A stretch of DNA of 62,437 nt, the filler included, from Porpidia crustulata (lineage: Eukaryota), in the NCBI GenBank assembly GCA_964255105.1. It is 11 parts of 11 records of this genome, joined end to end, with 100 filler letters (N's around TTAATTAATTAA, not from the genome) between each part and the next. Parts side by side here need not be neighbours in the genome. Positions count along the whole stretch, not along the records: positions 45,538 to 51,110 come from CAXUWE010001767.1; positions 51,211 to 56,776 come from CAXUWE010001768.1; positions 56,877 to 62,437 come from CAXUWE010001769.1; 8 more parts are not named here. The stretch is one strand, 5' to 3'. The translations under genes were made by a program, and so were the position numbers. Numbering within the stretch: position 1 is the stretch's first letter; every line of letters starts with the position of its first letter. The notes beneath the pieces are model-generated. The model worked only from the letters and a program-made list of their open reading frames with translations, was not told the origin of the DNA and ran no database searches. Positions 48,854-59,684 of the stretch are shown here, in pieces.

Positions 48854-49910
48854 GGATGGGAGAGCATGTCGAATGTATATAGGTTGACGGTGTCTGGAGT
48901 CTCGATCATGGCCGCTTGGCTCTCGATTTGATCAATCGTTGCATCTTTGTGTTAGTAGCTGCTTAGCATGCGCTCCGAGTGCACCATCGAATCAGACGAA
49001 CGACAGCGCTCTGGCATCAGATTACTATTCAATAAAGCGCGACTCGCCGACACATGTCGCGAGGACAGTCCCGAGTATTAATTGTCTCAAAGGTATCGGT
49101 CGGGACCGTCCGTGAGGGCCTCATGCAGGGTGCCAGATTGTGGGGCTTGGTGCTCGATGGCCCGTTTAATCGCGTGTGAGCGTAGGAGGGACTGTGCCAC
49201 AGGTGCTAGAGAAGCAGTGGTGCGCGTTTGACAGTTTCTAGGACGGCTTAAGTCTCGAGGAGGGTGTGATTGAAAGGAGTCTCTGGGTAATCGGTCGTTG
49301 GTTGGATTATCGTGGGATTTCTAGACACGACAATAGAGATTCGTGGGGGAGGCTGAATGCAATGGCTGCGGAGTTGTCGGCGATGAACGGGAGCCGATAT
49401 CAAGTCTGGGCGGACCCTATGCCCTCTGCCGCTCTTGAGTGAACGTTCATCGTCGATGGCTTTCCATTCTAACTTCATTTCACTTACACTTGCAATGCCA
49501 ACGACGCTGGTCTTCAAGCGTCACAAGTTTCGCCGCGTAGAACGACTCGAAGAAGCCTTCCCCCGTTCAAAGATACTTTATGCCTCCCATCGAGATCTCC
49601 AATGCACTGTCATCGAGGTTAATCCATGGACGATTCCATTCTCTCTGCTTCTTCTCTTCATTTTGACAGCTTGGCAGGCCCATATCGTGAACTAGGCTCG
49701 ACGGTTGAATCATCGCCAGATGCTGTGCATATAACAAGATGGCACTCAACTATTCCAACTGCAATGGTCGATTCACGCGTTATACTAGCTTGCAACTCAG
49801 AACTTATATAGACTCTATGTTTTCCTCTTCTCTCTCATCGATTCTGTTCATACCAAAAGTTAATACAGTTTGCTTCACCAGAGCCCTAGACTTACCGATC
49901 AAGCTAAGCT

Positions 49911-51110
49911 ATGCCTCACTCCGCTCCTGTTGACAACTATTATCATTCCCCCCACCGCGATCCCGAAAAGACCAATGCCTACTTGGTAGGTGGAGGTATC
50001 GCCTCGCTCGCCGCCGCAGCTTTCCTTCTCCACGATGCCAAAGTTCCCGCCTCCCAGATCCATATCCTCGAGTCTTCCCCCGTGGCTGGTGGTTCCATGG
50101 ATGGAGCCGGCTCTCCTGAGACCGGCTATATCATGCGTGGCGGGCGAATGCTGAACTTCAGCTACCGATGCCTTTACGATCTACTCGCTACAATTCCGTC
50201 CTTGAAAGACTCGAAGATCACGGTGATGGATGAAATCTCCATGTTCAATGTCGTGGAAGGTAATAAGACGCATGCGAACGCTAGACTTGTTGAAGAGACA
50301 CGGGACGCTACTAGACCCGCGAATGGAAATCACCCTGCACTAGAAGATCCAACTTTGCTTCCAAGTATTGTAGATGTCAAAGACTATGGACTCAGCGTCA
50401 AAGATAGGGAGGATTTAGTGAGAATGATGCTTGAGGGGGAGAAGAGATTGGAGAGGATGAAGATAGACGCCTACTTTCAAGAGGAATTCTTCCACACCAA
50501 CTTCTGGCTCATGTGGGCTACCATGTACGGATTTTTCCAGATCTTGCCATGCTCATCATAACTGACCTGCTCTAGGTTTGCTTTTCAACCATGGCATAGT
50601 GCTGCTGAATTCCGCCGATATCTTCATCGATTCGTGCACGAGTTTCCCAGACTTGGTACTCTCTCAGGGATAGATAGAACTCCGTACAACCAATACGATT
50701 CAATCATCTTGCCCATGGTGACTTATCTCAAGAACCAAGGTGTCGAGTTTAAATATGGTGCGTAATCCTCCAGTCTAGCAAATACCTCCGGCTTACAAAA
50801 GTATATTGCAGACACCAAAGTTACTAGTTTATCTTACGCTAAATCCGTGCTCAAGACCGTCGAAGAAATACACATGATCGAAGCCGGTTCGACGGGCATA
50901 ATTCATGTCCACGACACCGACATTGTTCTCGTAACCCTCGGCTCCATGACCTCCTGTTCCAGTCTCGGAACCAACAACACTCCCCCATCCGCCCTCCCAC
51001 CATCAACATCCACTCCGGACGATGGCTCCTGGGCCCTCTGGGGAACTCTCTCCCACGACTCCCCCCACTTCGGCAACCCCTCCAACTTCTCCACCCGCAT
51101 CCCCGAATCC
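49911..51110 (+). CDS. Oleate hydratase / myosin-cross-reactive antigen (MCRA) family FAD enzyme, truncated by contig end
   Basis: [54 protein letters not shown] (across intron 50525-50575), RTPYNQYDSIILP, VLVTLGSMT, FGNPSNF. Confidence 0.92.
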
Positions 51111-51244
51111 NNNNNNNNNNNNNNNNNNNNNNNNNNNNNNNNNNNNNNNNNNNNTTAATTAATTAANNNNNNNNNNNNNNNNNNNNNNNNNNNNNNNNNN
51201 NNNNNNNNNNAGCGGCAGCGTAACCTGACGTGATATGAAAACAG

Positions 51245-51430
51245 TTCGGCGCCGGCGCGAGAAACTGCATCGGCAAAAACCTCGCCATGATGCAACTGAC
51301 CAAGATCATCGTCGAGCTCTACCGCAACTTCGACATCACCCTGGCCAACCCGGACAAGGACTGGGTCGTCTCCGGCGGGTGGCTGACACGACAGACGGAG
51401 ATGGAGATGGTCTTGACCAAGCGGAACTGA
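51245..51430 (+). CDS. Last exon of a cytochrome P450
   Basis: Branch site CTGAC and acceptor ACAG, then FGAGARNCIGKNLAMMQLTKIIVELYRNFDI...TKRN-stop (62 codons). Confidence 0.9.
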   Translation, partial: FGAGARNCIGKNLAMMQLTKIIVELYRNFDITLANPDKDWVVSGGWLTRQTEMEMVLTKRN

Positions 51431-51938
51431 GTTCCTTCTTCTTTTGGGGGGGGGCCTTTTTTTGGCAAAAACCTCCACAAGTTCAACAAGTCTGGATCAT
51501 CACCTTACCCGAAAAGAGGCTTTTGTGTCCTGATTTTTGTGTGGGTTTTCGGAGAGAATTACGCGAGATGGACGGTCGTTACAATATCTCTACACTACCT
51601 ATCTATAGTTCCTTGCAACATCCATCCCAAACACTAGCTATAGTCCATCCTATCGTATCCCATGTCACTCGCTCAATCTTCCAAGACTACAGCACAGCGA
51701 TTTTCTCTAAGGTATACCTGATGAGGCTTTGTAAGCGTCTTCTCAACCTGCACCTGTAGAAAAGGTCTGACTGTAGAACACATAAATCCAACTCGCCTCC
51801 ATCCTTCGTCATGTAACATCCTGATACAAATCCAAACACCAACCAAACCCCCATATCACCGAGAAAAATCAGAACTCACAAACATTTATTTAGTTGTTTC
51901 ATCAGTCATGAAAGTTTTTGATCCGGGAGACATGAGAG

Positions 51939-52127
51939 TTCCTTCGTCTGGCAAACGAAGAACTACTAGGATTATTGGACACCATACTTATACAAATATA
52001 CACGGTACCTACCTATAATGGTTACAGCTCTACCCTCAGTCTTACCACAACAGGTATCGCTTGTGTTCCTTTAAGTAGGTATGGTGCCCGTATCTCCCGG
52101 TGGCCCTTTGCTTGCCAGACGAAGGGA
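51939..52127. mobile_element. MITE-like foldback element (~190 nt) with ~63-nt imperfect terminal inverted repeats
   Basis: Left arm TTCCTTCGTCTGGCAAACGAAG...GACACCATAC aligns with the reverse complement of the right arm GTATGGTGCCC...CTTTGCTTGCCAGACGAAGGGA; non-coding. Confidence 0.7.
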
Positions 52128-52383
52128 TAGCTACCTAGCCAGCGCAGTTTTCATCAATTGTCATCAAAATTTACTTTCGGAAATGTGAAGCGATGGATAA
52201 GTAAATTGGCCAATTCATTCATTGTGTTTCATCCACTTTGATAAGGAGTAGTAGCTATCTAGTCCCCCCGAAAGCCCGTTCTCACATCTCCAGCTAGCTA
52301 AGAAAAAACCCCAGCCATCAGGACTGTACTAGGCCTTTCATATCTCTAGCTAGAAAAACCCCAGCATCAGAAAGATCCAAAAA

Positions 52384-53382
52384 CTAAGCCTTTTCCTTGC
52401 CCGACAGCTCAAGATACTGTCCCGCAACGTCAACGACCATATCCTCATACGACTTGAACGCAAAACCCATCTCAACCTCGGTCTTATGCGCGTTCCAGTT
52501 CACCGGCACCGTTGGTTGGCTGCCCTGGCTGAACACCCTACTGGCGACGGCCTTGGGGAAATGCTTCTCGACGAACTTCCACGCATCGTCGAACTGGTGC
52601 ACCAGCGTAACGCCGATGTTTTTCGCGACACCGTCCTTTAGTGCGAGGAGATGAACTTTGGCGGCGTCGGACACGTGCGTGGCACCGGCCGGCATCGGAC
52701 CGGGCGCGGCCTGGCCGGTGATGGCGGCGAGCAGGATCCGATTGGTTCCGGCGTGGAGGTCTGCGACGCTGAGGGCGCGGTCATCGTAGCCGAAGACGAA
52801 GCCGGGGAAGACGTCGACGATGGCGAATGACGGGTGTTGGTCCTTGACGAAGCAGTCGGTCCCGTTCAGGGCGGCGATCTTGCCGGCGCTGTAAGCGGGG
52901 AGCATGGAATCGAAGGGGCCCGGCATGTCGGGGACGCGCGAGTCGGCGGTAATCTCCTTGGTCGGATCGGGTGGGAAGGGGGAGTTGGCGAAGACGGAGG
53001 AGGTAATGACGACTTTCTTCACCGAGGGCTCCTTGAGGGCGGACTGGAGCATGGTCTTCACGCTCTTGACGTTCGGCTCGTAGATGCCGGTTTGCGGGTC
53101 CAGGAAGGGCGACGGAAGCGGCGAAGCGTGATGGATGACATAGCGGACGCCTTTGATGGCTTCGTCGTAAGCGCCGTCACGGCAAATGTCTGGGACCTCG
53201 GCGAAAGAGAGCTTGTCCGGCACGCCCAGGGCCACAATTTTTGGGTGCGAGGAGAGGGATTTGGCCTTCTCGGTCGAGCGTACGGCGGCTCGGACGGTGT
53301 AGCCTTCGCGAAGGGCGTCGAGGAGGACTTTGAATCCGATGAAACCGGTCACGCCGGTGATGAGGAGGTTTGGAGATGACAT
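52384..53382 (-). CDS. NAD(P)-dependent epimerase/dehydratase-type extended SDR (aldehyde/ketoreductase, Gre2/Ari1-like)
   Basis: Intronless and GC-rich. LITGVTGFIG Rossmann motif, VIHHASP, VVITSS, catalytic YSAGK, HVSDAAKVH. Confidence 0.92.
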   Translation of the reverse strand: MSSPNLLITGVTGFIGFKVLLDALREGYTVRAAVRSTEKAKSLSSHPKIVALGVPDKLSFAEVPDICRDGAYDEAIKGVRYVIHHASPLPSPFLDPQTGIYEPNVKSVKTMLQSALKEPSVKKVVITSSVFANSPFPPDPTKEITADSRVPDMPGPFDSMLPAYSAGKIAALNGTDCFVKDQHPSFAIVDVFPGFVFGYDDRALSVADLHAGTNRILLAAITGQAAPGPMPAGATHVSDAAKVHLLALKDGVAKNIGVTLVHQFDDAWKFVEKHFPKAVASRVFSQGSQPTVPVNWNAHKTEVEMGFAFKSYEDMVVDVAGQYLELSGKEKA

Positions 53383-54482
53383 GATGATGGGATTTGATGG
53401 ATGAAAGAAACCTGGTGCGGGTGCGGCGAAAGGAATATAGGCAAGATAGGATGATGAAAGCTTGTGACTATGGACCGTGATAGCCTGATAGTGTTGGTGG
53501 AATAACACTTTATTTTTCTGGCGTGGACGGACATTTTATGAGAAAGATCAACAAATAAAAGGATATGAAATCACAGGCAAAAATATTACTGGGTTACACA
53601 AGGCTGCAGGGACTGATGACAAATTGGCCGGGCTTACCTCACCTGGGTGCCTGCGAGTGACATCCCGGACTATCACCACGCCATCCCGGAGTATTACTCA
53701 CCCTGCCTACAGGCACCCGTCTAGGGGTCGAGTCAGCGACGGGGCGTCGCACCTGCAGTGAAAACACATGGCAGCCCCCATCTCGTAATTGATCGACTAT
53801 CTGATATACAGCGTGAGCGGCACAACCATCAATCAATAAGTGGTGTACGTACACCCCTACCTATCTTCCGGAACAGGAGCAGACCGAGATGCTCAACGTA
53901 AGCCTTGCGAGAGTGCTACAATATGTAGCACATTGTCTTTGATTCTTGAAACGACTATTAATCTTCTTCTGTTTTGAGTAGTCAGGGAGATGACAGTGGA
54001 CAACGGCGGCGATAATCCCGAGTCAGATTCGCCCAAAAATCGTCTACGCCTCATCCTCAGCCTTCATCACACCACCTGATGTGCTACTATGGCCTCTGAT
54101 TGCCTTCAACTCATCATCCAGCTTCAAAGGACTCCACCATGTTTCATNNNNNNNNNNNNNNNNNNNNNNNNNNNNNNNNNNNNNNNNNNNNNNNNNNNNN
54201 NNNNNNNNNNNNNNNNNNNNNNNNNNNNNNNNNNNNNNNNNNNNNNNCAGCTTCAAAGGACTCCACCATGTTTCATAGCCCTCCGTGGCCTCGAATTCCT
54301 TCCAAACCCCCCGAACGGGTGGGGCGAATGGACGATAGCCCCGAGATGGCCTGACCGTGTTCCAAGTAAAAACAGGCAAATTGACTGCTGCTCTATGGCT
54401 TTCGAAATGATTAAATTGCCCTCGTATCTCCTTCTGTTGTTCTGGTCTTTATTCGTACCGTCAATATCCCGCTATTCCAGTC

Positions 54483-56392
54483 ATGTTTTCTGCTTCTCAA
54501 GTCAGTTTGGTGGCCTTACAGTTGTTAGCACTCCTTCCATCGACACTAGCAAAGAACCAAACCTCCAGCTGTCGTTGTATCCCAGGAGATGCTTGTTGGC
54601 CGAAACCCGCGGCATGGTCGCAATTGAATAACACAGTACATGGGGGGCTGATCGCAACCATCCCTCTGGCATCAGTATGCCACGAGCCAACCTATGATGA
54701 GGCGGCGTGCTCTCAGCTGGCAAAAACGTGGGACTTGCCTCAAACTCAGTAGGTGTAACCCACAGAGGAAGAGTTTCCATGTGACCTGTACTAAGTGCTG
54801 TTCCAATCAGCTTCCCCGATCCTGCCGAGATCATGGCACCATATTGGCAGAATCAGAGCTGTGATCCCTTCACTTCGAACTTGAGTACATGCAGCCTTGG
54901 CAATTACGTTGAATACGCGGTCAACCTGAGCTCTGCATCCGATGTTGCCGCTGGACTCCAATTCGCGCAGAAAAATAACATCAGGGTTGTGATCAAGAAC
55001 ACGGGGCACGAGTAAGTTGCGATAGATACCGATTTGTAAGACCTCCAAACTGACACCGCACAGCTATCTGGGGAAGTCGACTGGAAAAGGTGCGCTTGGG
55101 CTCTGGACCCATAACCTGAAATCCATTGATTTCTTGAATTATTCAAGCGCCGCCTACACCGGGCCAGCAGTCAAAATGGGAGGTAGGTTGATTCGAAGAA
55201 TAACAAATAATACAAACTATCGCTGATGCATTCATCAGCTGGCGTTCAGGCCTGGGAAGTGTATACAGCAGCAGATGCCCATGGACTCCGTGTCGTAGGT
55301 GGAACATGCTCCACCGTTGGACTAGCAGGCGGTTTCTCGCAAGGCGGTGGCCATTCCACGCTTAGTTCAACCTACGGACTGGCCGCTGATCAGGTCCTCG
55401 AATGGGAAGTCGTAACCGCCGATGGAACTCACCTAGTAGCATCACCATCCAATAAAAGCGATCTTTACTGGGCTCTCAGCGGAGGCGGAGGCGGCACCTA
55501 CGGCGTCGTTGTCTCTGCAACTGTCAAAGCTTTCAAAGACGGTATCATTGGTGGGGCCTTTCTGTCGTTCAACAAGACCGGCATATCCGATCAGAGTTTC
55601 TGGAAGGGAGTTGAAGAGTTCCACTCCGCCCTTCCAGCAATCGTCGATTCCGGGGCCACTGTTGTGTATTCTCTAAACAATGATAGCTTCGTCGCCGTTC
55701 CTCTAACAGCACCGGGCAAAACTCAAGACGAAGTGTCGGCCTTGCTACAGCCATTCTTATCCAAGATGAAGGACTTGGCGGTCCCGGTCACCTCCTCAGT
55801 TACATCGTACCCAACTTTTCTCCAACATTTCAACCAATACCTCGGTCCCTTGCCATACGGCCTGCCGCTAATCAACATCATTGACGTGTCTATCGCCGGG
55901 CGTTTAGTTCCCCGACGATTAGTGGAGAACTCGACCTCCAACGCCGATCTCATCGAAGCCCTGAAACTGAGCGTACACCCCGGGGGAAGATACCAAACGG
56001 GCGGGATCGCGCTGAATGTGGCGCACGACGTAGTCAAGAAAGACGCCTCGTCCAACGCCGTGCTACCCGCTTGGCGCGACACCATCCTGCAACTGCTCGC
56101 GTTTGCACCCTGGGACTTCCACGGCACGCGGGACGCGAATCTGGCCGCCGACGATTATCTAATCGACGTCACGGTACCCGCTTTGACGGCGCTGGCCCCC
56201 AATGGAGGAGCATATCTCAACGAGGCCAACTTCCAGCAGGCGGATTGGCAGCAGAGCTTTTACGGGGCCAATTATGCCAGGTTGAGGAGTATCAAGAAAG
56301 CCTATGATCCGCAGGATCTGTTTTTTGCGAACACGGCCGTGGGAAGTGAGGCATGGGTCCCAGACGGCGACGGCAGGCTTTGCAGAAGCTAG
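54483..56392 (+). CDS. FAD-linked oxidoreductase of the berberine-bridge-enzyme/VAO family, with signal peptide
   Basis: Exons 54483-54748, 54811-55011, 55064-55182, 55239-56392. CRCIPGDACWP, KNTGHDYLGKS (FAD His), GGTCSTVG (FAD Cys), GAYLNEA, FYGANYARLRSIKKAYDP. Confidence 0.95.
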
Positions 56393-58171
56393 AGTATTGA
56401 CTCCACGGAATCTGATTTGCAGGTCAAGCTTGACTCAATAGATGGAGTATTTGCTTCGGCCGCACCAGGCATTGTACACCAGAACTCTCTTTATAGATCT
56501 CGTCGAGTCTCAGCTAGATAGATAGATCCCCCTCATGTTTTATAGAATGTACATTCCGCTTACCTTTGCCTACTTGGTTTGCGAATCCCCTCACCCCAAA
56601 AGCCGACCCCCCCCCGCGCCCCCAACCACCAAATTTCACTACGGAGTAACTTTTTTTTGGATAAAACGGTAGCTCTCGTGTCTGATAAGACGCAGTGCAG
56701 TTTGTTGATGTGATGAGGATAGAGTGATTGATTGTTTCAATCATGGTGTGGAAAGCACTTCCACGCCTGCGCGGCTNNNNNNNNNNNNNNNNNNNNNNNN
56801 NNNNNNNNNNNNNNNNNNNNTTAATTAATTAANNNNNNNNNNNNNNNNNNNNNNNNNNNNNNNNNNNNNNNNNNNNGCCCCCCTTCCTTCCATATCACAA
56901 ACAGACTTCATCATCTCTCGTAGACCGTATAGATGAGATATGAAACGAGTGGATAGCTCGTTGTGAGATGAGTTACTGAACCCTAGGCGTAAGGGGGTGG
57001 GCGATTTTCGCATTGCTCATGGGGGATGGCGTTTTGGTATTAGAAATGGAAGAAAACAAAGAAACTAATCGTCGCTCATGCTCATTCTCATTCTCATTCT
57101 CATTCATCACCGACGTCATCTTCGGACATCATCTTACGGCATTTCCATTTCCATTCCCATTCCCGTACCTATACCCATGCCCGTCCGCCTCCCATCATGT
57201 CGCCCCTCGAATCACCCGTCAAAAAACCGAGGAACCTTGCTGATATCTCAAGGAATCAAGGAAAACGGAAATCTAAGAGTGGATTTCGTCGGAAGGAGGG
57301 GAAAGTGGAGGGATGGAGGGGTGGAAGTTTTGGGAGGCTTGTTCTGCGAAGGTGTGAGCAACGGGGCGACACGGTAGTGCTAGGGATGTGGCGGCGATGG
57401 GACGGTTTAGCGTGGGGATTGCGGGGTTTGGTTGTGGGCGTATAACAGCAAGAGGATGAGGGGAGGACAGGCGAGATGGTACGAGGGATGTGAGATTTGG
57501 ATCGGAGGTGGAAAGTGAAAACCCGGGTAAAGATGCGCAGTAGAGGAGTTTCTAGGTGGCGCTTGCGCTGATGAGGTATATCTAGATGTTCTAGTTTTGA
57601 GATAAAAAGCTTCCACTACGTATTTATCTAGGCTTGATGCCTGTGGCTGCCTTGGTGGGTTGATTTTTTATCGTGGGTGTTATTGGCCTGTGAGTTTTCT
57701 GTACCGCGCCTATCATATACAGCCATCGTGAAGAGGACAGCCACTTTCAGTTGCCCTGTTACGCGAGAACGACAAAGACGAGGAGGAGGGTGAGAGATGA
57801 TGTGTGGTTTTCTCCTCAATAAGTAAGAGCGGAGTTTGAGAGGTAGCCAGTGTGATCTCCGTCAGGTTTTTTGACAGGACGTTGAAGAACTCGCTTGAGT
57901 CTCGAGCTGTTTCGAGATTGATTTCGGATATTTTGAGAAGCGGCTTTCGCACATTTGCCAGCCACGGTCGACAGTCGTATTGCTCCGTGATCTCGGTGGA
58001 ACCAAAGCGAGGTCGTCGAGGTCGTCGAGATCTCAGTCACTGGTATTGGCTTGAAAAGCTTGGTACTGTACACCGGATGTATTGTGGTAGGATGAACAGG
58101 AGCTCCCGTGCACCTGTAGTGGTCAGGTACAAGCTGCAGGAGCAATTCGGATCAGAAAATCGTACTACCTG

Positions 58172-58807
58172 TCATCGTATAAAGAGTGACGCCAGATTTG
58201 AGATTATCAGGCCAAACAACATGACCGACTTCAGAGCAGGTCCCCTCGACCATGCACCATTCGACGGCGTAGAAAACCCTGATACCAATGGTGTGACAGT
58301 CGGATTCGGAAGCACTGTGGTCGATGACGGTAATGTACCGACCGATGTAGCAGATGATCCCGTTCCGTTGACTTTGGCAGCCTTTTCCCTCTTCCCGTAC
58401 CACGCGGCCGAAGCTTTCGTGTCATTCTTCGCCGTGCACCCTTCATTTCCACCCATTTCGCCATCAACCTTATAGCTCAAGTCTCCCTCCCCATTATCCA
58501 CCAATGCATACGCTTTACCCAGATCTGGCGGATCACTCGCCGAGTTCAGCGACTCGGCGGAGATTTCAAGGCTGCCCCTGGCGTTGACGGTGTACCACCA
58601 TTTCCCAGCCGCGTTTTTCGTATTGTCGTCCAGCGTGGCATTTCCCGATAAACAACGCCATAGCTCGGTCGTTGTATCGTCGGAGGCACCGGAGGGCTCG
58701 AGATCGCAGAGACAATGGGATAGGTCGATAAATTGAGGAGTGGTAAGAGATGTGGTGCAATTGGTGCCGGTAGATATGCAAATACTTATGGCGGAGCTGG
58801 TAGACAT
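58172..58807 (-). CDS. Hypothetical Cys-containing protein with Ser/Thr stalk and hydrophobic C-terminus (cell-surface/GPI-like); start uncertain
   Basis: 211-aa ORF with six Cys, ELWRC and GKWWY motifs, and the tail SNGAWSRGPALKSVMLFGLIISNLASLFIR. Confidence 0.5.
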   Translation of the reverse strand: MSTSSAISICISTGTNCTTSLTTPQFIDLSHCLCDLEPSGASDDTTTELWRCLSGNATLDDNTKNAAGKWWYTVNARGSLEISAESLNSASDPPDLGKAYALVDNGEGDLSYKVDGEMGGNEGCTAKNDTKASAAWYGKREKAAKVNGTGSSATSVGTLPSSTTVLPNPTVTPLVSGFSTPSNGAWSRGPALKSVMLFGLIISNLASLFIR

Positions 58808-59684
58808 CGTCGAAGGACGATTGAGGAGTGGAAAGAGAAGTATGTCTCAATAAGAGTGAAGACAGGCATAGTGGATCTAGGTGTGTATGTATCCGTTCGT
58901 ATTATGAGAGTGACACGAATGACAAGGCTTAAAGGCTTGGGTTTACTGGGCACACGAGCAAGATCACGGAGCAAGCAAGGAAGATGCGATTCAATCAAGG
59001 CAAGAGGCTGAGGCTAAGGCAGCACTAGGTAAGTGGCCGAATTGGCCGAGGTGACACTCCAGTCCCGTTTCTGCTTGGCGGTGGATCCCAATCGAGCATC
59101 ATCTTGGCTCAGCGCACGCAGAAGGCTTTTGTTGATGCGTCGTAGACTGAATGGGACATTATGCAACAATACCAAGAGAAATGTCGCAGTACGCTTGAAC
59201 TGCGGTGTAAGCTTGAAGCAAAACGTCCGTGTTATACCGTGCTGTCTTGAAATATTTTACATGATCGTTGGTGAATCTCGAAACGTGGCATCATTGTTGT
59301 TCTCGGCGTCGCCAAAGGGAGATTAGATTATTCCAAGTACCTAATTTTCGACCTTCAACATCTACAAGTCTATGTGTCTATATAGGTAACAATAGTGATT
59401 AGAACACGGCCGAGATACCGCTACTTGGAAGGCCGTACATCTACCGTTCGTCTTATCAACGCCCGTTGCGATAAGAATTATATACACATCTGACGTCCGG
59501 CGAATGAATGACATGCGTGCATGCTTCCTCAGCGGCTTGATAACGAAAGCGGTCATAAATTGATATCAACAGTAGCGGTATCAGCGAACAGCCAAGTCTA
59601 GCAGCCGAGCAACGCCTGATGCCGCCGTGAAGCATTTACAAAATCATAATGACCGCAACAGACCCGAACGCCACATCCAGTCGC

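Noticed and set aside
52834..53379. 181-aa plus-strand ORF
   Set aside because: Antisense to the GC-rich SDR gene; an open antisense frame is expected from its codon bias.
54119..54276. 29-nt direct repeat CAGCTTCAAAGGACTCCACCATGTTTCAT flanking a 100-N gap
   Set aside because: Identical sequence on both sides of a scaffold gap is most simply an unmerged contig overlap, not a TSD or real duplication.
57080..57165. (ATTCTC)n and (ATTCCC/ATTTCC)n hexamer runs
   Set aside because: Ordinary short microsatellites.
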